The notes under the pieces were generated by a model. It saw only the letters and a list, made by a program, of their open reading frames with translations. It searched no databases and had not been told where the DNA came from. A program made the translations under genes and the position numbers. From the NCBI GenBank assembly GCA_964016885.1, contig OZ024743.1:220658001-220722000 (forward strand): a stretch of 64,000 bases of DNA, read 5' to 3'. Within the stretch, counting starts at the first letter, position 1. Every line of letters starts with the position of its first letter. This DNA is from Eledone cirrhosa. Taxonomy: Eukaryota. Below are positions 45,940 through 62,173 of this stretch, piece after piece.

Positions 45940-46613
45940 TTATGATTATATACGGAATTAAAGTCTTGAGCACTTCCAATATATCAATGCGTTGAATATG
46001 ATTCCATACTCACTTTAAGCCAATTGTAAGTATTTATTGAGCATTAAGCAGGTATTATCTGAAGATTTAGCAGATTTTATATGCAGATTGGAGCGTTGTA
46101 GCGTGATGCGCGCCATGAAACTATGAAGAGTTTCTTAATGTCCTTTGGGAAATTTTACTGAAGGATTCTCTCCTCTCATTTTATATGAAGGAGTAAGGAA
46201 ATATTTACGTTGCAAATTTAATATCAATATCAATATAACACAGAGATTAACTTTGAACCTTATAGCTACCACAAGGCAAATGTTTAAAAGGTTTATCTAG
46301 GGACACAAACAGTCAACTCTAAATTGGGATTTCGGAAAATCAAGCAAAGATATTGATCAAACTAATAGAAAATGAACCAAGAAGATACATTGTTTTTCTT
46401 TTACTTTGCTTTGAGGTGTCGTTGATCAATACAATCGATATCATTGACTGTTAACTGTACTTATTTGAAATGATTGAAAGCAATATCTTCGTTCTAAGAA
46501 ATATTGATTTCTCGTAACTCGGTACAAATACCCTATATAATTCTAGGGATGAAGAAAAAGGGAATGGACAGATATGAAGATAATTAGACAGATGGAAAGA
46601 TATATATATACAT

Positions 46614-46712
<99 letters not shown>

Positions 46713-46907
46713 GTAGGTAAGTATGTATATATGTAAGTCGGTAGGTAGCTATCTAGGTAGATATATGTTGTTTTTATTGTCCCAAGATTGCTATATAGGT
46801 AGTAATACCACTGACTATTGAGAAGACTGTATGTTTAGTTGTAAACAAGACCCGAAAATACAGTCACATCTACACATTCACGCATCCACACACGATATAC
46901 ATATATT

Positions 46908-47181
<274 letters not shown>

Positions 47182-47220
47182 CACATATATGTATATATAT
47201 ACACATATGTATATATATAT

Positions 47221-47254
<34 letters not shown>

Positions 47255-47383
47255 GTAGATAAATCTACCAAAATATACGGTAGTGTTCAATCCGTATGAA
47301 GAACTCAATATAATCCAAATATCATGAAAAGAAAAGATGTATTCAAAATCTTTTGATGAAAAATACAAGAAAACAGAGTCAAG

Positions 47384-47767
47384 ATAACTTAATAAAAATA
47401 ATGAATAAAAACAAAGAAACAGTTCCTTATATTAAAAAATTCATCATTTTACGATCGTTTCTAGGATATATATGTGTGTGTTGGTATGTATATCATATAG
47501 ATCTATGTAAAAAATTTACAAACTATCAGAAGGAATATACATACCTACACATATATATGCTGTCTTCAGAAATAATCATTTCTGAAGACAGCATATATAT
47601 GTGTAGGTATGTATATTCCTTCTGATAGTTTGTAATTTTTTTACATAGATCTATATGATATACATACCAACACACACATATATATCCTAGAAACGATCAT
47701 AAAATGATGAATTTTTTAATATAAGGAACTGTTTCTTTGTTTTTATTCATTATTTTTATTAAGTTAT
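47384..47767. mobile_element. Near-perfect 384-bp fold-back of two head-to-head long-stem-II HHRs
   Basis: Axis cagaaat-aatc-atttctg; minus HHR 47445-47574 (CTGAAGA..GAAA-cgatcg-TA-aaatg), plus HHR 47577-47706 (cattt-CTGAAGA..GAAA-cgatca-TA-aaatg). Confidence 0.88.
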
Positions 47768-48178
47768 ATATATATATATATGTATAAAAAACATGGGAAG
47801 AAAGAGGAAGACTGTGTGGTTGCACATGGGTTACATATTATAAAATTAGTCCCTCATCAGTGATTTGCCAACCATCATTGGTATTTCATCGCATTAAAAA
47901 TCATATACCTCAGGTTGGTGCGAGCAATAACCAAAATAAGCTATTGGGACAAGTGAATCGCGTAAAGCGAGTGAGACAAGTAAACAACATAGAAGGAAAA
48001 CAAACCGAAGGTGTATATATTTATATATATAGCGTAAGCGTAATGCGAAGAAATGCCTATGGTGGCTAGTAGATCACTGATGATGGATAGTCCTGGCTTC
48101 TATTTCTAATCCATATATATATATATCAAGAAAGAAGAGTGACACGGTTTGCTATATAATAAGGGCTTTAATCACTTT

Positions 48179-48284
48179 GCTGACAATTGTTTCTCTGAAC
48201 TGGTAGGTCTAGAGATCGCTACCCGCCTGTTTCTGCGCCAATCGATCACCAAAACATAGTTATAACCAGTCAATTCATCAGAGC
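48179..48284 (-). ncRNA. Type I HHR with extended stem II (PLE-D inverted pLTR)
   Basis: gct-CTGATGA-attgactgg..ccagttcag-a-GAAA-caattg-TC-agc. Confidence 0.78.
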
Positions 48285-49903
48285 TAGCGAGAATTGAATT
48301 TGAAATTGAAATAATAATAGCGGCTAGAAGGACAATCATAAAATTTGAAAATAGCTACTGGGTAAGAAAAGATAGGATAAACAGCTTCAATATCACAATG
48401 GGATCAAATGACTCAGCGCAAATCACTCACGTCATGGGGCTATTTATAGCACACAACCTACATAAAGAATTCAGTAACCTCCAAGGAGGGATTTATAGAG
48501 ATAACACGCTCCTTATAGCTAGGAACTTAAACAACCAGAGCATGGAAAGATTGAGAAAAAATATTAGAACATTCTTAAAAAAACTAGGCCTACGAACTTA
48601 ATCATAAAGAGGTAAACTTTCGAGATGTGACTCTAAATCTAAATACGGGATTAATGGAACCCTTCCACAAAAATAATGAGAATCTGGCCTACATTAGTCA
48701 TAATTCAAACCACCCCAAATCCATAATCAGATCCATAGCTCGTAGTATATCCCTTAGAATATCCCGCTTATCCTCAAACCTAGAAATTGTTAATGAACAT
48801 GCTAACTATTATAACGCGGCATTACATATGGCCGGACACAAAGAAAAGCTGCAGTTTATAACGGATAAAGACAACTCAAACAAACCTACTAACATTGACA
48901 CCAACCGCTCACACAAAAATAGAGGTAACATGACTAGACATAGAGTTAGGCACGTAGCACCTAGAGTAAGTGGTCCAAACACCAACAATGTAAACCCTGG
49001 AAACAATAGAAAAATTAGAGAAAGAAAATACCTGTGGTTCAATCCAATCTTCAACTCCTCTGTAAAAGCTAGACTGCCTTCTACGTTCTTTAAACTAATA
49101 GATAAACACTTCCCTATATCACACAGATATCATAAAATCCTCAATAGAAAAACTATAAAACTCTCATACTCTACGGCTGCAAATATAGAATCCCAAACAC
49201 GAAAGATTAACCACAGAAATACCTCTAGAGAATCCGCCCCACCTATGCACAACATAGCACCAAATTTTAAACATAAACACATCACAGTATCACAACCGCA
49301 AACGCATACAAGCACACAACAGCAAAACCTCAACGGGCACGAATCACAACCCACTCATAGCAGTGTGCAAAACAGCAGTGTGGAAGCTGCACGGAATAAC
49401 ACCAAACTGCAACTGTCACCTACCGGATAGGTGCCCATTGGCGAACAGATGCCTTGATTCGAGCCTAGTGTACATGTGTACGGTGAACTCGAGCAACTGC
49501 ACTTGGCATTACATTGGATCCACCGCGGGTACTTAAAAAAAAAGATGATATGTATACAGACACTCGATGAAGAACCGTGCACTTATAGGTTCTACAACCC
49601 TCGCCAAAAAAATCTGGGAGCTTAAGGACAATAACATCAACTACAATATCAACTGGTCGAGGTTGTCGGCCGCAAGGGCATATAGTACCGCTATGTCCTA
49701 TTGTAGGCTCTGCACCTTGAATTACTGTATATCCTTAGGAATGAAAAAAGTCTACTCAACAACAAGATAGAAAGATCAATTTTCTGCAGGCACAGGATCG
49801 CCACTAAATTCACAAGATTTAATCCACCGTGAATCGAACCAACATAACTTAGGATTCAACATATGAAATCCACACTATTACACAGACCACCACAGAACTA
49901 TAA

Positions 49904-50722
49904 TCTATATATATAAAACTGTGGTTGTCTGTCTGTCTATCGATTTTTGGCACACATCTCCTCTTAGAATCTCTCACGGAATTGCACCGAAATTGCTATA
50001 CTTGTACATTGAGCCCTAGCGAAGACATCGGAAAAAAAATATTTCAAATTGACCCACCCTATGTGACGAAATCGAATATAATGTATCGATTTTTGAGCGT
50101 AAGTGATCAGTTATTTCCCTTTGTTCTGTTTACATTGAGCGTCTTACGTAAAAAATTACGCTGGCTTTCTCAGCGTTTAAAATGACATTAACACAATACA
50201 CGAACAGACAGTTGTCGAGCCAGCAAAATATTGACCTGCAAAATTCATCAGTTCGAACACTAAGCTTCCGTTTTGCTTCATTTCCATTTAAAAGCATTTT
50301 AAAACAATATTTTTACTTGAAAACAAGTCTATTTAAAGACTACGTAAAACAAGCAAATATTTCAGGCGTGCAGACAGACAGTCATGCAGAGAGGTGATAT
50401 AGGCGTGCAGACAGACATAACTGATAATTTGGTTACGCTAATGTTTTTCTCTGCGTTGCAGTGTTTACATTTTCGATCTTTGTTAATAAATAACCAGTGC
50501 AGTTTCTATCCCCAGCATCCTCTTTTGTTATAACATTCGGGTTATCGTTATGTTTTCTTAACTTCATAAGGCATATTGTTGGTTGAGGGAATATTAATCA
50601 AAAACACCACATGCAAGTCTGCACAGTAGACACTACAGTTTTTAAGCCAAAAAAGAAACTTAACATTGTAACTTTAACACAGCTACTGAGCGACCCCGAG
50701 CAACGCCGGGCTTTACTGGTAG
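49904..50722 (+). mobile_element. Non-autonomous Helitron (~820 bp)
   Basis: 5' a|TCtatatatataaaa, (gtct)n near the 5' end, 3' hairpin cccgagcaacgccggg followed by ctgGTAG|t (CTAG variant); A/T target, no TSD. Confidence 0.75.
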
Positions 50723-50925
50723 TATTTATTAAGCAAATTCTATACCACAGTAATGTCTGCAAATATTTTATCAACCCATAAATATATCTCTTCTCAGCTG
50801 CTGTCAACACAACTTCCTCACCCTTGATTCTCAACAGATGAACCTAAATCAAAGTACATTATCAGAACAGTACCACAGGAAAACATGACCTTCCTCCTTT
50901 TATAATTGTAGTCAGCATGTTTTCT

Positions 50926-50963
<38 letters not shown>

Positions 50964-51447
50964 CCTCCTTAACCTCTGAATTAACTTACCTATTATATTG
51001 CTACTGTGTTAATGTTATCTTATACATGTATGTTATTGATGATAAGGAAGCTAAACAACCCCATGATTCGAACTAACAATCCCTTTATCTAATATAGACC
51101 ACTTAAATATTGAATCCACTTCACACCACAAAAATTACTATCCTCACTACAATGAAAATATTTTATCTGTCAGATAATAAATAATTCTTACGGTCACCAA
51201 ACCTACGGTAAAAGAAAATGGTACATTGTTTAAAGCCCCGGCTTATCTCTATACTATATATAATACACCATATGACAGCTTTTACATGTCAATTTCATAC
51301 ATCTGCCTCGTTTTACATGATTAAGTCATAAGTATACTCTATGTCTTACTTAGATTGATGTTGTGATTATTTCAACTAATTTATTGCTAGCAGTGTTAGT
51401 ATTGTTGTTATTGTTCTGATTGAATGCCATTACTATATATAGAAGCC

Positions 51448-51635
51448 TGATGGTGGTGGATTGGCAGTATCGGTAGAGGGTCGGACGTCATGCTTTCCAG
51501 CATAGTTACGTCCCTTTACGATCTGAGTTCAAATCCCGCCGAGGTTGACTTTGCCTTTCATCCTTACGGGGTCGATAAAATAAAGTACCAGTAATGCACT
51601 GGGTAATTGCTGGCATTGTGCCTAAAGTAGAAACA
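51448..51635 (+). mobile_element. tRNA-derived SINE, family 1, with 19-bp TSD
   Basis: attactatatatagaagcc at 51429-51447 and 51636-51654. Confidence 0.92.
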
Positions 51636-51684
51636 ATTACTATATATAGAAGCCATGCCTGTGTATTCCCTTCATTCTCGCTAT

Positions 51685-51789
51685 CTCTGATGAATTGAGT
51701 GGTTATAACTATGTATTGGTGATCGATTGACGCAGAAACAGGCGGGTGGCGATCTCTAGACCTACCAGTTCAGAGAAACAATTGTCAGC
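51685..51789 (+). ncRNA. Type I HHR with extended stem II (PLE-D 3' pLTR)
   Basis: ct-CTGATGA-attgagtgg..ccagttcag-a-GAAA-caattg-TC-ag; GUC at 51784-51786. Confidence 0.75.
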
Positions 51790-52021
51790 AAAGTGATTAA
51801 AGCCCTTATTATATAGCAAGCCGTGTCACTCTTCTTTCTTGATTTATCATTACTCCAAGTGTAAGCTACATAGTAATCACCGCGTATTCGCAACCTCACT
51901 ATGGAAACGCCTTGTTGATTGTTGAGTCAAACTTAGCCAAGCGTTAATACCATCCACTACTGGGAATACCCTAACTGGACTACACCTAAGTGGACTACCT
52001 ATAACAATAATCTGTTACCCC

Positions 52022-52059
<38 letters not shown>

Positions 52060-52088
52060 ATGTAATAAACAACATAAGGCAATTACTC

Positions 52089-52142
52089 CATTTACCAGTG
52101 GTTTCTTAAAAGCAAAAGGTTTTGCTTTCAATCCTCAGAATG
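52089..52142 (-). ncRNA. Well-formed type I HHR (PLE-E inverted pLTR)
   Basis: catt-CTGAGGA-ttgaaagcaaaa(cc)ttttgcttttaa-GAAA-ccactgg-TA-aatg; GUA triplet. Confidence 0.85.
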
Positions 52143-52289
52143 AAAAAATCCTGGTCTGTTTATTGAATTTGGATTTTAAAAACAAAAATGCAATCTATAT
52201 GAAAGTGAGGCTGGAGAAGGAAGAAGGAAAGGAAAAATAAAATAAAACTACACATGCAAACACACACACAAAAACACAAAAGCATACAT

Positions 52290-52368
<79 letters not shown>

Positions 52369-52473
52369 TACATATACACATATATATACATACACATATA
52401 TACACATACACATACATACACATATACACATACATACACTCATACATACACACACACACACACATATACACAC

Positions 52474-52504
<31 letters not shown>

Positions 52505-52729
52505 TACATATATATATATATATGTGTGTACAAGCATACACATACACAAACATAGCCATACACACACACATATACATACATTCACACAATCATACATATA
52601 TACACACGTACATACATACACATACATAAATGCACTCCTCTACATATTCACACACGCAAATAAATATAAGAAAAAAAAAATATATATATTAAAAATTTTT
52701 TAAAATTATAATAAATTTTTAAAAATTAT

Positions 52730-53467
52730 AATAAAGCCCTTAAGAACAGCGGTTTTACAGAAAAAAATTCTTATTTACCTACTCCCCCCCCCCCTAAAAC
52801 TAACCACAATAACAGGAAAAGGAAGATTATTTGGTTCACACCCCCCTTCTCTCTAACTGTCAAAACTAATGTAGGAAGGAAATTCCTTGAACTATTAGAC
52901 AAACATTTTCCTCCTAATCATAGATATTATAAGATATTTAATAGGAACGTACTTAAGATCAGCTACTCTTGTTGCCCATCTATGAAGTCCAAAATCACCA
53001 GTTCAAACCGTACGAAAATAAATCCAGGATGCAGTTGCAGGAAGCCGGATGAATGCCCATTGCAGGGTAAATGTAACACCAAATCTGTCGTTTATGTGGC
53101 TAAGATAGCACCGGTAATCAACAACCAGCCAGCCAGGAGTAAGCGATATGTCGGTATGACCCAGGACAGGTTTAAAACCAGATTTGACTCACATGTCGCT
53201 TCTTTTAAGCACTCCGATAAACGAACATCAACGGCCCTCGCAAGTAAGGTGTGGGAACTCAAGGATAGTAACATCCCGTACTCTATTGATTGGTCTATAT
53301 TAGACCATTCGAGGGAGTACCAAAGGGGCACAAAGAATTGTTCTTTGTGTACCACAGAAAAGTATAGGATTTTGCTAAACTTGAGAGCCACTTCCGCTTG
53401 CCTTAACTCAAAGACTGAGATCTTCAGATGCTGTCCTCATCTGAAATCGCATCTGATCTGTAACTGA
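52730..53467 (+). pseudogene. PLE-E linker plus intact-looking GIY-YIG endonuclease (5'-truncated, no RT)
   Basis: RKRKIIWFTPPFS..KIFNRNVLKISYSC..CSCRKPDECPLQGKC..VVYVAKI..YVGMTQDRFKTRFDSHVASF..CSLCTTEK..LNSKTEIFRCCPH. Confidence 0.9.
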
Positions 53468-53840
53468 ATTGACACTCCTATGATAAATCAACCGCCTTGA
53501 ACTCCTTCTCTGCTCTTTACTTCTGCTACGGTTTTTATTTTGCTGATTCTACGTTCTGTACTCTTGTATATTTACTTATTTTTTTCTCCCTTACCTCCCC
53601 TTATATTTCACCTTTTCCTATGTCCCCCCCGCATATATTCTTTTTGCCTAGCCCTTCACATACCTATGTGTATGTGTATGTATATTTGTGTGTATATATA
53701 TATATGTATATATGTATGTATATATATATATGTATGTGTGTGTATGTGTGTGTGTATATATATATGTATGTGTGTGTGTATATATATGTATATATTTGTG
53801 TGTGTATATGTATGTATATGTGGATAGACCAGGTTTTTTT

Positions 53841-53893
53841 CATTCTGAAGATTGAAGGAAAATTTTTTGCTTTTAAGAAACCACTGGTGAATG
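53841..53893 (+). ncRNA. PLE-E HHR copy with GUG at the cleavage site (probably inactive)
   Basis: catt-CTGAAGA-ttgaagg..ttttaa-GAAA-ccactgg-TG-aatg. Confidence 0.65.
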
Positions 53894-54618
53894 GAATAAT
53901 TGCCTTATGTTGCTTTATTACTTTACTACTATATATATGTAAGGTTCATATGAATTATCTAACACTGAGTTTTACACATACACACATGTATATGTGTGTG
54001 TGTATGTGTATGCATAGGTATATATATATATATATATATGCGTGTGTATATATATATGTATGTGTGTGTGTGTGTGTTTGTATTTGGTTGTGCGTGTTTA
54101 TGATATGTACGTATTTGTATGTGTATAATTGTATAGCTATGTATATATATGTGTGTGTATGTATACATATATGTGTGTGTGCATGTTTATATTTATGTAT
54201 ATATATATATATGTGTGTGTGTATATAATTACATATACATGTGTGTGTGTATATATTGTATACGTGTGCGTGTTTGTGCATGTATGTGTATGTATGTGTT
54301 TATGTATTTGTATATGTATATTTATGTGTGAGAGTGTGTGTATGTATTTACTATTTCGTACGTATGTATACGTGCATTTGTGTGTATTACTTACCACGCG
54401 TGTCTGTCCAGTTAGCTGCCTTCTGTATCGGTGTCAAAAATGTTTAATATATATATATTTTTTTGTTCTCATATTTATTTGCGTGTGTGAATATCTAGAG
54501 GAGTGCATTTATGTATGTGTATGTATGTACGTGTGTATATATATATGATTGTGTGAATGTATGTATGTATATGTGTGTGTGTATGGCTATGTTTGTGTAT
54601 GTGTTTGCTTGTACACAC

Positions 54619-56974
<2,356 letters not shown>

Positions 56975-57039
56975 ATGTGTATGTATGTATGAGTGTATGT
57001 ATGTGTATATGTGTATGTATGTGTATGTGTATATATGTG

Positions 57040-57124
<85 letters not shown>

Positions 57125-57271
57125 ATGTATGCTTTTGTGTTTTTGTGTGTGTGTTTGCATGTGTAGTTTTATTTTATTTTTCCTTTCCTTCTTCCTTCTC
57201 CAGCCTCACTTTCATATAGATTGCATTTTTGTTTTTAAAATCCAAATTCAATAAACAGACCAGGATTTTTT

Positions 57272-57334
57272 CATTCTGAGGATTGTGAGGATTGAAAGCA
57301 AAACCTTTTGTTTTTAAGAAACCACTGGTAAATG
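57272..57334 (+). ncRNA. PLE-E terminal HHR with a 9-nt internal duplication (tgaggattg)
   Basis: catt-CTGAGGA-ttg-tgaggattg-aaagcaaaa..ttttgtttttaa-GAAA-ccactgg-TA-aatg. Confidence 0.7.
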
Positions 57335-57825
57335 GAATAATTGCATTATGTTGTTTATTACATAATAATAATTAAGCTCTGTTACCTACATAGAGCACTC
57401 TTTTTTCCTGGACTTTTCCGACGGAATTACTTCATTTATATATATATATATATATAAGTTATTCCGGGTTGAATCTGAGGTAACCACAGTAAGTAAGGTA
57501 CTGAATACATAGCAGAGTATAAAAGTTTTATTACATATTAAAACTATATATATATATATATATATATAGCATATATATAGCATATATATATAACATATAT
57601 ATATATATGTATATATATACATACATATATACTTCCATATATATATAGATATATAATGCAGTAAAAGAGATGTCTTTTACTTTCCCTTTAAGTATTCAAA
57701 ATTGAGACCTAAATCGAAGACAAATTGCATCCAGATATACATTTTAATGTAATTTATGATTCATAGAATTGGAAACCTCTGGAGAGAAATTATCACAAAT
57801 TATAGTTTCTTATTTTGTCAACGTA

Positions 57826-58210
57826 GGCGGTGGATTGGCAGTATCGGTAGAGGGTCGGACGCCATGCTTTGAAGCACAGAGTTACGGCCCTTTATTGTCC
57901 GAGTTCAAATCCCGCCGAGGTTAACTTTGCCTTTCATCCTTACGGGGTCGATAAAATAAAGTACCGGTAATACACTGGGCAATTGCTGGCCTTGTGCCAA
58001 AAGTAGAAACAATTATTAATAATAACGATAATAATAATATTGGTTTCTGATTTAGGCACAAGACCAATAATTTGGTCGGTAGGGAAAGTCGATTAAATCG
58101 ACCCCAGTGCATTACTGGTACTTAATTTTATCAACCCTGTAAGGATGAAATGCAAAGTTAACCTCAGTAGGATTTGAACTCAGAAAGTAAAGGACCGTAG
58201 CTCTATACCG
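57826..58210. mobile_element. Tail-to-tail pair of family-1 SINEs (57826-58017 +, 58038-58210 -)
   Basis: Consensus on the plus strand, shared (TAA)n spacer, then the reverse-complement copy. Confidence 0.85.
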
Positions 58211-58319
58211 CAACGCATATAAATTCGCAACAGAATACATTGTATTTATTAACAAAAATATATCATAACAATAAATATATAATATAAACATAATTTTGAA
58301 CGATGCAAACGATAACAGC

Positions 58320-58365
<46 letters not shown>

Positions 58366-59149
58366 TCGACAATAAGAAACACATACATTTTCCACTAAAC
58401 AAAGAAATGCATGGAAGTATATGAATTGAAGAAATGGTTTCTATATTTCGTTCTGAAGCTGGAGTTACTTCAAACATAGAAGATCAAGACCTGATTTAAT
58501 CGGTCTAATAGACAGCGACAAGAAATGCTGCATCCATACACAACTTCCGTATCAAATAATGAGAAGAAAGAGAATAACTTAACTCTATATTTTAAAAGAC
58601 AGCTAGTTTGTCCATACATCCAGAAGAACCTTGGTGGATATGTCGAATAACACAGTATGTCGAGTAATGAGGAAACAACAATCTCCGAGATGCGGAATGT
58701 CGCATTCTGCGTATCGAGGAGTAGTTCAAAGAATTCATTTTACACTATGTTCCGGCATACATATTTATTGTTTAACTGCATTCCTAAACGTATGCATGAC
58801 ATGCAAACTAGACAGGTTATTTCAGTTATTTCTATATCATCATGGTCTCTTCTCTTTCTCTTTCCCCCTCTCCCCTTCCCTTCTCTCTTTCTCTCTCCCT
58901 TCGCTCTTTCTCTCTCTCCCTCATTATATATATATATATATGGTAAGTGTGTCTAACTACACAGTTACAGGCGGTTTCCTCGTTCGAAGCACACGATGCT
59001 GTTACAAAGTTCGTCTCGTCTTGGGTTGTATTCCAGAGTTAAGGCGGCTGTAGTGTCCTTGCACATATAAACTCGCATATCTGGTGAGATATCGGGGAAG
59101 CTTACACACCAATAAACTATATATATATATATATTATAATGTAAAATAA

Positions 59150-59200
<51 letters not shown>

Positions 59201-59204
<4 letters not shown>

Positions 59205-59274
59205 GCCTTGTCTGACGAATGCGGACGTTTCTTGTATCCGTCTTATTCGGGAAACCTCTGGTAATGAGGTAATT
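59201..59274 (+). ncRNA. Candidate HHR related to the PLE-E family (orphan)
   Basis: aattgccttgt-CTGACGA..-GAAA-cctctgg-TA-atgaggtaatt; 11-bp stem I with wobbles; base of stem II ambiguous. Confidence 0.5.
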
Positions 59275-59296
59275 ATATTGTATTGTTTATTATACA

Positions 59297-59385
<89 letters not shown>

Positions 59386-60520
59386 AATTTCTTTACAACG
59401 CTGTTTAAATCACATCATTTCGACATCACTAATATAAATCTGCTGATGCCTTAAAAAACACTACGGCTTACAATGAATTCTTATACTTTTAATCAAGTGT
59501 GTCATACTTTTAACAGATACCAGGTGTCATGCCTCAAACCACCAATATATGTTTTATGGAAAAATACTCATACGGCGTTAATTACAACTTCAACATCTAA
59601 TTATCAATTATCAACACCTTTTTGAGAATGAAGAACTAATTCGTGAAAAAAAGTATAAAGATATAGTAATTGTGAGTAACTAAGTATAATTTTAATTTAC
59701 TTTCGGCAAAACTCACTCAAATATTTATTCTGTTCAATATTTAACTTATCGGAGGCGGAGAGTTTGCAGAGTCTCAACAATATTAGAAAGGATGCGTCGT
59801 AATATTCGCTTAAGCTGTCTGTACTATAAGTTCAAATGCCACATAGTTCAACTTTGCTTTTCATCCTTCCAATGTCGATTCTTTCCCTCTTTCCCTCAGG
59901 CTTTGAGAAGGATGACATCCTCCTGGTTTAAATGCCCAAAGAGCCTATAAAGATACCAACAAGAGCCAACAAATTAAAAATTTCTATTGCATTATTCATA
60001 TGAATAAATTGTCAATTTCGTAACATAAGTTATATTAAACAATGAACATTTGTGTTTTTTGAAGTGTGGCATTAGTAATTTCCTAGGATTAAAGATATAA
60101 GTATATCTGTAGTTAATATTTGTCACCTAAGTTAGAAATATACTTAGTTCAGTTCTAGGACAGATACATAACAGGGCAATACTTGACCAGTTGCATATCT
60201 GGCGAACTTGTCTATGTTATCTTTTATCATCCCCACTTATCTCTTATCTATATTACCACTATAACCAACACCACGACAACTACCACAACCACCAACGCAA
60301 ACACAATGACGACCATCAATACCACCACTGTCACTGCCACCGCCGCCGCCGCCACCACTATCACCATTAATAGCACCACCAATACCCCCCTCCCCCACCA
60401 GCAACAGCAGCAGCGGAATAGAAGTCACTTCTCGTTCTAGATTACATTTATTTTGTGCAAACGAATATTAATGGATTGATTGAAATCATATACGAGACAA
60501 AAGAAAACCAAATTAATCTG

Positions 60521-60578
<58 letters not shown>

Positions 60579-61033
60579 GTATATTTGTATGAATAAAATA
60601 TTTTCCAATTGAGTTAGTGCATTCCTATAATATATATACATATATGTATACATATATATATATTATATATATGTATACATATAGTATACATATATATATA
60701 TATATTATATATATATCTATATATATATATATATATATACATATATACATGTATATATATTTACATATGTTGCTTTTCATTTGTTTGTGTATCTTTCAAA
60801 CATAATACTATAATAATGAACTTCAACACAATTATCACTTCAAATAAGAAAAGACAATACAAAAATATATTAGTTTTTCAAAGAGCAACAAAGTCGATAA
60901 TTATTCGTCATGTTTTTTGTTTCATCTAGGAATCCATCACAAGCTCTAACTATGTATGTCAATCTAAATGTCGAGATTACAATTGCTGATTATATAGGTG
61001 TATATCTATCTATATTTCAACACAAACAAACAA

Positions 61034-61075
<42 letters not shown>

Positions 61076-61112
61076 CTATGTTTCAACACAATCAACTACA
61101 CACACACACATA

Positions 61113-61220
<108 letters not shown>

Positions 61221-61221
61221 C

Positions 61222-61283
<62 letters not shown>

Positions 61284-61290
61284 GTATATA

Positions 61291-61468
<178 letters not shown>

Positions 61469-61563
61469 TACATATAATTACAGATATATGTATGAATATT
61501 TATGTTTATTTTTGTTTTGACGTTGTTGCCAGTTACCATTTATTCCCATTATAATCTCTCTAC

Positions 61564-61640
<77 letters not shown>

Positions 61641-61968
61641 CGGCCATCCAGCCGTCCATCTATCCATTCATTCATACATACATACGTACATACATACATA
61701 CGTACATATATACATACATGCATATATACATACATAAGCGCATTGAGTGTGAATAAGCTAAGTAGAAACTATGTGTATATATTATGTGAAATATTGAATT
61801 TGATGACTGAATATTATGTGGAATTTCCACTTTTTTTTTGAGACTGCAGCATGTGATTTGAAGGAATTAGAACTGCTATTTTTCTTACGACATTGAATAT
61901 GCACCAATGTTGACCCGTGCGCCGCATGGTTGGTAGAGTGAGGATATCAGAGCTTCCGTTACAGTATT

Positions 61969-62013
<45 letters not shown>

Positions 62014-62101
62014 TGAAATAATAGATTAAAGTTTAAGCAAAGAATCGCTGCTCTCACCCTTAACGGTATCTTCTGATATATATATATATATATATATCAG
62101 A

Positions 62102-62173
<72 letters not shown>

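Larger units (their letters stand above)
48126..52022 (+). mobile_element. PLE-D: 5' inverted pLTR (48126-~48295), decayed RT and GIY-YIG (~48300-49830), long 3' UTR with nested Helitron and SINE, 3' pLTR with HHR and tail
   Basis: FNITMGSNDSAQI, GIYRDNTL (YRDD-like), PFHKNNENLAYISHNSNHP, WFNPIFNS, KILNRKTIKLSYS, STTLAKKIWELKD..YCRLC; 48126-48295 is the reverse complement of ~51672-51843. Confidence 0.9.
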
